Shown in pieces: positions 41,305 through 50,213 of a DNA stretch of 64,000 bases. Both the position numbers and the translations under genes were made by a program. How positions within the stretch are numbered: the stretch's first letter is position 1; each line of letters starts with the position of its first letter. Location of the stretch: positions 104,311 to 168,310 of the forward strand of contig JAEHCQ010000005.1 of the NCBI GenBank assembly GCA_020696385.1. Reading direction: 5' to 3'. Below the pieces are notes generated by a model that was not told the DNA's origin, searched no databases, and saw only the letters and a list, made by a program, of their open reading frames with translations. This stretch comes from Methanobacteriota archaeon. Its GTDB lineage: Archaea > Thermoplasmatota > Thermoplasmata > SG8-5 > JAGLSY01.

Positions 41305-41817
41305 ATGGCCAGCACTTACAAATACACAATATTTCCAAGCAGAGTGGGAGACATCTTCATAGCCAGCACACCCAAGGGTATTTTCAAACTTCATTTCCCG
41401 GCCAGTGATATCAAACGGGAGAGTGTTGAAGCCTATTATGATTGCAAATTGGAAAAGGATGACAAGGCTTTCACTGACATCAAAAAGCAAATGCTCGCAT
41501 ACCTGGCAGGCGACCTCAAGGAATTCGATGTCAAGATCGATTTTATCCGTGGAACCGAATTCCAGAAGCAGGTATGGAACAAGCTGCTGGAGATACCCTA
41601 TGGTGAGGTGCATTCCTATCAATGGATGGCTGAAGAAGTACACAGACCAACTGCGTTCAGAGCAGTTGGTGGCGCGAATCACAATAATCCCATCCCGATA
41701 ATCGTACCATGCCACAGAGTGATCGGTAAGAACGGCAAAATGGTCGGCTATGGTGGCCCGAGCATCAAAGGCCAGGAATTGAAAAGAAGTCTTCTGGAGA
41801 TGGAAGGCGCATTGTAG
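41305..41817 (+). CDS. ogt: Methylated-DNA--protein-cysteine methyltransferase
   Basis: GTEFQKQVW, IPYGEV.SY, RAVGGA, active site PCHRV. Confidence 0.95.
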   Translation: MASTYKYTIFPSRVGDIFIASTPKGIFKLHFPASDIKRESVEAYYDCKLEKDDKAFTDIKKQMLAYLAGDLKEFDVKIDFIRGTEFQKQVWNKLLEIPYGEVHSYQWMAEEVHRPTAFRAVGGANHNNPIPIIVPCHRVIGKNGKMVGYGGPSIKGQELKRSLLEMEGAL

Positions 41818-41920
41818 TTTCCTACTCCACTTGGCTTACAAAATTATCCATTTTACTCAATTTGCTCAATATATATTTATTAAGCAATGTTTAAGTATTC
41901 ATAGAATATTCTGAGTAAAC

Positions 41921-42898
41921 ATGTCAGTCTCTATTATAGGCACACGTGGGTGCGGAAAATCTACATTCATCGGACTTCTCCATCAGGGTATGGAAATGTA
42001 TACAAACAAGAATCCAGATAATTTCGTTTATTATGTAACTGCTGAAGTGGGTGATAAGATCCTGGACATAAGGAACAACCTGCTCCAGGGAGAATATCCC
42101 GCTGCCACCACTCGGCATCAGCTGGAACAATTGAGATTCCTCATGGGTTTCAAACCAGTGGGTGTGGAGAAGGTAGTCAATCTCGTTAAGAACTTCTCAT
42201 CCTTCGGCCAGTACGGAGATTACCTGGGTATGATCCTCAGTGTTTATGATATCGCGGGAGAGGATATCCAGGAATTCAAGATCAATAAGCAGGTGACGCA
42301 GATCCTGAAGCAGGTCTTCGAGTCCAATATCCTTGTTATCATTGTGGATTGTGCTAAGTTCACCAATGCCACCAGTGGCAGAAAATACGTGGACATGCTC
42401 GAATATGACAAGGAACTGGCTGTCATCATAGCTGCCTATGTCGAATACAGAAGCAAGGGCAAGTTCAAGGAGAAAGTGAACCCCATCTTCGTATTCGCAA
42501 AGATGGACGCACTGGACACAGAAATTGCCAGTAATTACTTCGACAAGCTGGAAAGAAAATACGATGATAAATACAATTACGATACAGGCAATGAGCTTAT
42601 GGAATCCTACCTCAGTGCTTCAAGAGCCGCAGTATATGGGGCGCAGAAAGTTGGCGTGCCATTGGAGACCGCGAAGTTCTTCTACAGCTGGGTTCAGGAA
42701 GACAAGATCGACGGAGTTGCCCAGGCTGGTGCACAGCATAAATTGATGATCACAAAGCCGGATGGCGGACATACAAGAAATGTATTCCCGGATCACATGT
42801 ACGAGGAGTTCCTGAATTACATCAGAACACTGTCATACATGTACTCGGATCCAAAGGAACATGTCGAGGATATCTTCGGTAAGGTCGGCGGCAAATAA
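41921..42898 (+). CDS. TRAFAC-class GTPase domain protein (double-GTPase-like)
   Basis: G1 GTRGCGKST, G2 PAATT, G3 YDIAGE, G4-like AKMD; 325 aa. Confidence 0.75.
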   Translation: MSVSIIGTRGCGKSTFIGLLHQGMEMYTNKNPDNFVYYVTAEVGDKILDIRNNLLQGEYPAATTRHQLEQLRFLMGFKPVGVEKVVNLVKNFSSFGQYGDYLGMILSVYDIAGEDIQEFKINKQVTQILKQVFESNILVIIVDCAKFTNATSGRKYVDMLEYDKELAVIIAAYVEYRSKGKFKEKVNPIFVFAKMDALDTEIASNYFDKLERKYDDKYNYDTGNELMESYLSASRAAVYGAQKVGVPLETAKFFYSWVQEDKIDGVAQAGAQHKLMITKPDGGHTRNVFPDHMYEEFLNYIRTLSYMYSDPKEHVEDIFGKVGGK

Positions 42899-42942
42899 GA
42901 ACATGCCAGTTCACGATCCCTATCTCAAAGGTGGTAGCGCGT

Positions 42943-45207
42943 ATGCAGGATGAACTTCATATAGGTGAATTCGACAATAATCCCTTCACAATAGAGGGCG
43001 GTAAATTCCTTACTGGCCGAACCGCGGTCATGGGGATGAGCGGCTCTGGCAAGAGTTATCTCATCGGAGTTCTGTGCGAGGAGCTTTGCAAGGCGGACCT
43101 TCCCTTCATCATTATCGATCCAGAGGGAGAATACAAGAGCCTGAAAGAGAAGTTCGATATTGTCTGGGCCTGTAATGACCCGGAAGCTGATGTGCTTCTC
43201 AATTTCCAAATATGCGAGAAGCTGGCAGAGGTCGCCGTCAATAAGAACCTCCAGCTTATTTTTGACACATCCGAGTCGAGTAATGAGTTCGACCTTGTGG
43301 AAGAATTCCTCAAACATTTTTACATTATCGAGGACAAGGTAAGAAAACCCATGCTTCTAATAATGGAAGAAGCAGACAGGTTCGCTCCCCAGAGCAAGGG
43401 CGATAGGATCGACGAGCTGATGGAAATAAGCAGGCGCGGTAGAAAGCGAGGCATCGGCCTTGTGATCGCCACCCAGAGACCTGCGATGGTGGACAAGAAT
43501 ATCTTATCCCAGTGCGGAAACCAGTTCATCGGCAGGCTGAGAACGGAGAATGACCTGAATGCGGTCAGCCTCTTCTTCAGGTCAAAGTCCACACTCAATA
43601 CAATTCCAGATCTGGAAGACGGCCATTTCTACTCAATGGGCGATATTTCTTCCACCATCCAGAACGTGCATATCAGAACAAGGGAGACCACACACGGTGG
43701 CGGAACTCCCGGAAGAGCCAGCAGTAAAAAGAATGAACTGAAAGACCTGAAAATATTCCAGGACAAGCCGATGGTGATGCCATCGACACCATCACCGCCA
43801 ATAGCTGGATCTCCTAATCTCGTGATCGAGGATGTTTTCCTCATCTACAATGATGGAAGATTGATCAATCATCAAACTCGTAGGCTCAAGCCGGATGTGG
43901 ACAATGAGATACTGAGCAGTATGTTCACGGCAGTCCAGAGCTTTATCAAGGATTCTTTTGGAAGTGGTGGCAGGACGAAGGTTCTCGAGCGTCTGGACTT
44001 TGGAGACAATTCGGTATTCATCGAGCATGGTGAGAATTGTTATCTCGCCATGGCCGCGATGGACATTGGGGAGGAGGTACTGCAGGAGCAGCTCAAATGC
44101 GCCAGCAGGGACATATCCAGAGAATATTCCGCCCCCTTGCGAAAGTGGAACGGGGACTTCGATGAATTCGCTGGTGTGGAATCTTATATCCAGAAGCTTC
44201 TGGCAGGAGAATACAAAAAAGGATGTATGCTCATCAATCCTTCGAAGGCTGCATCAACCGGATCAGAGATCTCGGCTTCAGACATGAAATCCAAAACCGA
44301 GCCAGTGGTGGAGAAAGCAGATGAAATATCTGATACAATTCAAGATCCGGGAAGCAAGCCAGCTCCCTCGATCATTAATAATATTAGCAGTAGTAATAAC
44401 AATAAAGGAAGAGATAAAATGGAAATAGATCATTTTGTGTGGTATCCTATCCACGGAAAGGGGTACCAGGATAAGCCAGTAGCGATATCGGGGGATTTCA
44501 ATCCAGGATTGTTCACCAATGTGTTCAAGAAGGAGTTCGCTCCGCTTATGATGAGTTACAGTCAGAAGGATTATCGTGGCTTCATGCTCTTTGACAAGCC
44601 CAATATACGCCATGTTCTCTTCTCCTTCATCTACCACAAGGTCATCGACGAATACGGTAGAAAAGGGGTGATCCATCATTCTGCCATCATTGACAGAAAG
44701 GATCTGCAGAGCGGTAAAGTTTCCTTATTCGACATCGAAGAGGCTATGAACAAGTTCGACGAGGCAAACCCCGCGCCAAAGGGAGACATACCGCCTTTGG
44801 AAGTTCCAGCCTATGAGCCTGGGCAATACAGATACCAGGACAAGATATTCAAGTACATTTCAAAGGCTGCTGTCGAAATACTGGCAACCAGGATGATGAC
44901 CGCCAGCCGTAACCGAACATCATTCAGATGCCAGGGCGCGGGCACGAAGGCCAGGAAGAATATCGCATTATATCTGGTCGAACTGCTGGGCTTCAGGGGT
45001 GGAATACCGATCTCATTCACGACAGAGAGACCGATATCGGCTGAATATTACGGCTTCTTCAATCTCGCGGTTACCGAGCGCGCGATAGCACCAGATGCGA
45101 ATGCCGAGGACTGGGCAGTGATCAACTGGGATGAATTGAATGTCGGCATGCCCAGGGTGGGCGGCAAAGAGGAAGTTTACAAATTAATTGATGATGCCTT
45201 CTCCTGA
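42943..45207 (+). CDS. HerA/DUF87-type ATPase fused to a longin/roadblock-like domain and a C-terminal GAP1-N-like domain
   Basis: Walker A GMSGSGKS, IDPEGEY, Walker B LLIMEEAD, RGRKRG, ATQRP; middle IEDVFLIYNDGRLI..LSSMFTAVQSFIKDSF; C-terminal DEYGRKGVIHHSAI; GTG start at 42931 also possible. Confidence 0.75.
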   Translation: MQDELHIGEFDNNPFTIEGGKFLTGRTAVMGMSGSGKSYLIGVLCEELCKADLPFIIIDPEGEYKSLKEKFDIVWACNDPEADVLLNFQICEKLAEVAVNKNLQLIFDTSESSNEFDLVEEFLKHFYIIEDKVRKPMLLIMEEADRFAPQSKGDRIDELMEISRRGRKRGIGLVIATQRPAMVDKNILSQCGNQFIGRLRTENDLNAVSLFFRSKSTLNTIPDLEDGHFYSMGDISSTIQNVHIRTRETTHGGGTPGRASSKKNELKDLKIFQDKPMVMPSTPSPPIAGSPNLVIEDVFLIYNDGRLINHQTRRLKPDVDNEILSSMFTAVQSFIKDSFGSGGRTKVLERLDFGDNSVFIEHGENCYLAMAAMDIGEEVLQEQLKCASRDISREYSAPLRKWNGDFDEFAGVESYIQKLLAGEYKKGCMLINPSKAASTGSEISASDMKSKTEPVVEKADEISDTIQDPGSKPAPSIINNISSSNNNKGRDKMEIDHFVWYPIHGKGYQDKPVAISGDFNPGLFTNVFKKEFAPLMMSYSQKDYRGFMLFDKPNIRHVLFSFIYHKVIDEYGRKGVIHHSAIIDRKDLQSGKVSLFDIEEAMNKFDEANPAPKGDIPPLEVPAYEPGQYRYQDKIFKYISKAAVEILATRMMTASRNRTSFRCQGAGTKARKNIALYLVELLGFRGGIPISFTTERPISAEYYGFFNLAVTERAIAPDANAEDWAVINWDELNVGMPRVGGKEEVYKLIDDAFS

Positions 45208-45210
45208 GGT

Positions 45211-45546
45211 GTGATGATTATAGAAGAAGTTGCTGATCAACCTGAAACTGAGAATGAGCCAATTAAGGACGATGCGACATTATCTTTGATATTTGGAATA
45301 GTGTCATTGATACTGAATCCCGTGTTCATCATGTTCCCCCTGTCCTTCATTGTGGGAACTCATTTGCTCGGGATATTCATCAGCACGCCATTCGCATTAT
45401 TGGCGATCTTATTATCATATCATTATTGGAGAAAAGATAAGGAGGATTTTAAGTCGATAATCGGGATCACATTTTCATTGACCACACTGATGTTCATCAT
45501 CATATTGTTCTCCGTTCTCCTATACTCTGGATTCGAGGTATTTTGA
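45211..45546 (+). CDS. Small membrane protein (DUF4190-like)
   Basis: ATLSLIFGIVSL...ALLAILL...SIIGITFS pattern; 3 TM segments; 3 nt after the HerA fusion. Confidence 0.55.
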   Translation: MMIIEEVADQPETENEPIKDDATLSLIFGIVSLILNPVFIMFPLSFIVGTHLLGIFISTPFALLAILLSYHYWRKDKEDFKSIIGITFSLTTLMFIIILFSVLLYSGFEVF

Positions 45547-45572
45547 TCGATAAACATATGTCTAGCTGAGCA

Positions 45573-47078
45573 TCATTTCACAACTTGGAACTTGTAAACA
45601 GGATCCCCATCCAGTTCTTCCGCATTCTGTACTATCTCCGGAAGGTCATACAGTTTCCTGTTCTCATTGTAGATTTTGAGAAGCGGCTCCCAGTATCTGA
45701 TCGAATCCTGATACATGATCACATCATCATGCTTGAGTATCTGGCATATTGAGAAAAGACCACCGGGATATGTCCTGATGACATCGATGATCCTCTGATT
45801 CTCATTGTACCATCTGTAGAATTTATTGCCTTTATTCCACTTCATGATGAATTTTGTAAGATTGTTCCGGACATCTTCATCATTGGCGATCCAGACCATG
45901 ACCTTGACTATGTCATTGTCCGCCAAGAGGTCGATCTTCTTCACCAGCGGCCCGTAATCCTTATTGTCCCAGTCATTGAAGATATCCTTCCACCCTTCAA
46001 TGTTATCCGGGGCCTGGATACCATGCTCGGCGATAAAAGCAGCTTCCTCCGCTTGCTTCTTCGCCTCCTCGTCCATCTTCTTCTTTTCCTCAAGCTCCAG
46101 GATACGGAGTTTCTCTTCCTCGACCTTTCTCTTCTCCTCTTCGATCTTCATCTGAGCCTCTTCTTCCTTCCTGGCCAACTCCTTCTGCTCCATCTCAAGC
46201 CTCACTTGCTCCTTCCTCTCGGCGATCTTCAGGGCTTCCATCTCCATGGCCTGCCGTTTTTCCGCGGCAGCCTTGGCCTGGATCTCGATCTTGCGCCTTT
46301 CCTCTTCCTTGATCCTGAGGTGATGCTCCATCTTCAGGCGCTCTTCTTCTTTCGCCTTCAGAAGGCGACCGGCTTTGGCAGCGTCAGCCCGGCTTTTTTC
46401 GTATTCGATCTTCGCCCTGGCTTCCTCGCCCTTCTGGAGCTTCATCTTCATCTTAGCAGTGTGTGCTTCCTGCTTTTTCAGCTTGGCCGCGCTTTCATTC
46501 CTGAGCCTTTCCTCGACCAGAACCTGCGCCTGAAGCTGGGCTTTCAATCTTTCCTCTTCCATGAGCTTGGCCTTCAGCTCATGTTGGGCGCGTAGGTCTT
46601 CCTGCTTTTCCATGTCCAGCTCTTTTTTCAGGCGGATCTCCTCGGCCATCTTGAGCTCATGTTCTTTTCTCAATGCCTCGGCCTCTTCCTTCTCCTTGGC
46701 CCAGCGTGCGTCCCGCCTCTCTATCTTTTTCTTCAGATTGGTGATGTCGCGCTTGGCATCGCTCAGTTTGTCTGGGTCTTGTAATTTGTAATCAATTGCA
46801 TAAAAATCAGATTCCAGGGTGCGGATATCCAGTGCCCGGAGCTTCGTGCGCTGGGTGTTTATCTCCAAAAGGGCTTTCTCAAAACTTGCAAAGGCCTCCT
46901 CCACATCGGAAATTTTGCCATCATCTATGATCTTCGACAGACAGTTAACTACAAAACCCTGCTTTTTCCAGAATTCCAGCTTCACCCTGAAGCCATCCCT
47001 GGCCTCCATGTCCTCACGCTCTGTTGTTCTATTCTCCGCAACCCGATCGATTATTGATTTGGCACACATTTCAATCAC
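45573..47078 (-). CDS. Coiled-coil protein with globular N- and C-terminal domains
   Basis: ~250 aa E/K/R/A-rich helical core; no family recognised. Confidence 0.65.
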   Translation of the reverse strand: MIEMCAKSIIDRVAENRTTEREDMEARDGFRVKLEFWKKQGFVVNCLSKIIDDGKISDVEEAFASFEKALLEINTQRTKLRALDIRTLESDFYAIDYKLQDPDKLSDAKRDITNLKKKIERRDARWAKEKEEAEALRKEHELKMAEEIRLKKELDMEKQEDLRAQHELKAKLMEEERLKAQLQAQVLVEERLRNESAAKLKKQEAHTAKMKMKLQKGEEARAKIEYEKSRADAAKAGRLLKAKEEERLKMEHHLRIKEEERRKIEIQAKAAAEKRQAMEMEALKIAERKEQVRLEMEQKELARKEEEAQMKIEEEKRKVEEEKLRILELEEKKKMDEEAKKQAEEAAFIAEHGIQAPDNIEGWKDIFNDWDNKDYGPLVKKIDLLADNDIVKVMVWIANDEDVRNNLTKFIMKWNKGNKFYRWYNENQRIIDVIRTYPGGLFSICQILKHDDVIMYQDSIRYWEPLLKIYNENRKLYDLPEIVQNAEELDGDPVYKFQVVK

Positions 47079-47181
47079 CAGTCCCCACTTTCTTGAAAAC
47101 TAGAATGAAATGTTGATGTATTAAGTTTTGCTCTTACTCTTGCTCTTGCAAAGGTTATTACGTGCATAAGGACATCCTGCT

Positions 47182-47676
47182 TTGAACAATATGCTTCCCG
47201 AATGGCTGATCCTGGATCTTACGCAAAATCAACTGTATGGCCTTGTCTTTCTTATAGGCTCTTTCACAGTGGCCACCCTGAGCGATCTGAAGTACATGAA
47301 AGCACAATCGGAATTCGTCGAGATCTGGGTGCTGGCCTTCATTGTTTTTCTGGTTATCGACATCTGGAAATGGGATTCGCTGGATCAGACCCAGACCATG
47401 ATAAAATGGGCTATTATTTTCATATTCATGCTCCTTTCCCATCATTCGATCGGGGTCATATTCAAACTGGCTAGGGGAGATGTATTCGCATGTGCGGCGG
47501 TCATGGCACTCATGTCACCAGCTTTGATAGTCGTCTTCATCATAATTCTAAAAGTATCCGACCTATTGTTCAGGCCCATTCTGAGAAAGTTCGGGAGCGG
47601 CAATGCCTACCCCTTCATGCCCATTGTCATGTGTGGGACATTGGCGATAATGGGAATTGGACTGTATCTGGCGTAG
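47182..47676 (+). CDS. Polytopic membrane protein resembling A24 prepilin peptidases
   Basis: Several TMs; LSDLK and ARGD aspartates; C-terminal YPFMP. Confidence 0.5.
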   Translation: MNNMLPEWLILDLTQNQLYGLVFLIGSFTVATLSDLKYMKAQSEFVEIWVLAFIVFLVIDIWKWDSLDQTQTMIKWAIIFIFMLLSHHSIGVIFKLARGDVFACAAVMALMSPALIVVFIIILKVSDLLFRPILRKFGSGNAYPFMPIVMCGTLAIMGIGLYLA

Positions 47677-47763
47677 ACAGATACTGGCTAACACTAATTC
47701 TAATACAAATCGAGCAATTTGTTGATAGGAGTGAGAGTTATCGCATTATCTATCAGAGAGCAT

Positions 47764-49638
47764 TCAGAGAGCATTCCCACAGCTTGGGCAGGCTTTCCAG
47801 CCAGGCTGTGTCTCGGACCCACAATGTGGACAAGATGGTTTGCTGGACAGGGAACCTCCGCAAGCCGGGCAAGCTTTCCAGCCCGGCTGGGTGTCAGCCA
47901 TACAGCTTGGGCACTTATTGCCGCTCTGTTGCTGCTGAGCCGGCTGCACGCCTTGCTTGGATTGATCCACTGTGATGACATTAACTGGCTGCTGGCCAAC
48001 TCCATATCCTCCGCCCCCCACATATTGTGGTACATTCTGTTTGGATGATTCCATCATCTTCGCAGCCTGGCCAGTCATATCCACCTGATGATTTCTCTCG
48101 CGGTCCTCCGCGTCGCGGTAGGTGCTGATATTGTGCTTCTGACCCTCCGAGCGCATGAATTCCTCGGATGCCTCGCCTCCAACTGTTCCCAGCTGTCGCT
48201 TGGTAGCTTCCTGCTGTAGGGACTGCATCTGGATGGTCTTCTGATCGTACATTTTCTGAAGTATCTCCAATTTTTCAGTTGGAGCATCGATGATCTTCAT
48301 CTCCAGTTCGTGGATATCCGTTTGTAGCTGAGATATCTGGGCGTCAGCTGTCGTGACACCCATCTGCTGGGTATCCACATCCATCTTCTTCATGTCCTCG
48401 ACATGATCCTGCTCCTGAGCCTCCCTCATTCGCTTCGCTTCTTGAACCTGAGCAAATGCGTCCATGGCTATCTGAGCCTCGCCTTTTTCCTTGTCGATAT
48501 CAGCCTGATTCTGCGCCCTCTGGATATCCACATCGGTCATTCCAGCATCGCGTTGCTGGCGTATGTTCTCATCATGAGCCATACCGGACATGTCACGATC
48601 ATGCGTCTGGGCCATACTGTCCCTCTCCAGGGATGATGTCAATTGCATGGATGCCAGGCGATCGGCTCCCGCTTGCCCTCCGAAGGCAAGCGCCCATTCC
48701 TTCTCATTACTTGTCTTGTCAACTTCATAATCGCGATTCAGGATATTGATGCTGGCCTTCATGTCAAAGTCCTTGTCGAACTCCGCTTGTTCGAAGATCT
48801 GCGTCTGTTTCTTCTTGTGGGCTGCGAGTGCGTCACTGGCTGTCCTGTCAAAGACCATGTATAACTTGAGTAAGTTCAATCCCCACATTTCCATGGTCTT
48901 TCTTAGCTCGACCTCGGCCGTGGTCTCGATCTGCTTGATGAGATCCAGGTTCCCCTTGATATCACTGGCTTCAACCGCTGACAATTGTGGTGTGAGAACG
49001 CCTACCAGTGCCTCATCGTTTATCAATTCCTCAAGATCGGATTTGAAAAGGAACTTGCCAACTGCCATATCTGTCCTGTTCTGGAATGTGAGCTTCTTGA
49101 GTATGCCGCCAGTGAAGATATTCCTGTTCCTACCCCACCATGTGCTGTGCTTCTCATTCTGTGTTGGCTGGTATGGTTCGGCAGACCTCATCAGATTTAT
49201 GATCCTGGTGACATTGTTCTGGTTTATCTGGACACGCATGGTGCAGGTTCCCTTGACCTCTTCATTATCGCGTGAAAGTATACCTTGAACTTCCCATTCT
49301 GGCTGACCGTTCTGATCGACCTCGGGTTTTCCAGAAGGATCGAGCTTCCACATGCTCTTTCCGATCTGAAGGTTCATATCCATTGGAACCGTTGAAACAA
49401 ATAGAAGTTGAACGGATTCTCCTCCGCCCATCTTGGACCTGAACCAGTCGATGACCCCTTGCCTTGATACTTCCAGCTTGGTCTGTGTGAGAACATCCTC
49501 GATCTTGCCGTTCCTGATGTACATCACGGCTTCTCCAGGACCTACTATTGCTTCCTTTAAGAAATTCGGTATCTGGTCTCTGTCCACTAATTGAGCGATT
49601 ACTTCTTCGCCATCTATGTTATTCCACATTTGTATCAT
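47764..49638 (-). CDS. SPFH/band-7-like domain plus coiled coil plus double zinc ribbon protein
   Basis: IVGPGEAVMYIRNGKIED SPFH-type N-terminus, ELRKTMEMWGLNL, long coiled coil, C-terminal CPSC..CPACG..CPHCG..CPSCG. Confidence 0.75.
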   Translation of the reverse strand: MIQMWNNIDGEEVIAQLVDRDQIPNFLKEAIVGPGEAVMYIRNGKIEDVLTQTKLEVSRQGVIDWFRSKMGGGESVQLLFVSTVPMDMNLQIGKSMWKLDPSGKPEVDQNGQPEWEVQGILSRDNEEVKGTCTMRVQINQNNVTRIINLMRSAEPYQPTQNEKHSTWWGRNRNIFTGGILKKLTFQNRTDMAVGKFLFKSDLEELINDEALVGVLTPQLSAVEASDIKGNLDLIKQIETTAEVELRKTMEMWGLNLLKLYMVFDRTASDALAAHKKKQTQIFEQAEFDKDFDMKASINILNRDYEVDKTSNEKEWALAFGGQAGADRLASMQLTSSLERDSMAQTHDRDMSGMAHDENIRQQRDAGMTDVDIQRAQNQADIDKEKGEAQIAMDAFAQVQEAKRMREAQEQDHVEDMKKMDVDTQQMGVTTADAQISQLQTDIHELEMKIIDAPTEKLEILQKMYDQKTIQMQSLQQEATKRQLGTVGGEASEEFMRSEGQKHNISTYRDAEDRERNHQVDMTGQAAKMMESSKQNVPQYVGGGGYGVGQQPVNVITVDQSKQGVQPAQQQQSGNKCPSCMADTQPGWKACPACGGSLSSKPSCPHCGSETQPGWKACPSCGNAL

Positions 49639-50156
49639 TATTTCCACCCCCTCAAGAAATCTTCCCTATCCTTGTAAGAATTCCTTGAACCGGTAATATA
49701 CTGGCGAAGGCTTCTGAGTTCCTTCACGGCATCAATTTCATCGCCATTCATTATCATTCCCTCGATAACTCCCGTGGCTTCGGTGACATTGACGATATTT
49801 TCCAAAATGTTGAGATCGAACTCCACCAGGGTCTTGAGATCACCTTCACCTGGCGATCTTGATTTGTTAGTTGAAAAGAAACTGTACTGATGGCCAACCA
49901 CGGACATTGTGATATCATTGGAGAAGATATCCAGCTCGTCCTTGACCTTTTTAAGTGAGTTTATGGAGTCCGTATCCTTCTTGTCATAGAGTATGTCCAG
50001 GATATTCCGCGTATTCTTCACGGACTTGTCGATCTCGGCCATCAACTTCTTTCTGACCAGATTGTCATCCTCTTTTACCTTATCCTTTCTGTATCCCGTG
50101 TACCCGGACACCATTTTGCAAACAGAAGTTATCGCAGTGATCAGAACCATATTCAT
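49638..50156 (-). CDS. Conserved helical hypothetical protein coupled to the SPFH gene
   Basis: SGYTGYRKDKVKEDDNLVR, YSFFS, LVEFDLNIL; TAATG stop/start overlap with the SPFH gene. Confidence 0.7.
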   Translation of the reverse strand: MNMVLITAITSVCKMVSGYTGYRKDKVKEDDNLVRKKLMAEIDKSVKNTRNILDILYDKKDTDSINSLKKVKDELDIFSNDITMSVVGHQYSFFSTNKSRSPGEGDLKTLVEFDLNILENIVNVTEATGVIEGMIMNGDEIDAVKELRSLRQYITGSRNSYKDREDFLRGWK

Positions 50157-50213
50157 ACTCCCCTGTGTTCTTATGTATTGAAAGGTTATTTAAGTTAATA
50201 AGGGTTTCGGGAT

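Noticed and set aside
42943-43700. Canonical HerA-NurA DNA repair helicase
   Set aside because: No HAS barrel and no nurA/mre11/rad50 nearby; fused to unrelated domains
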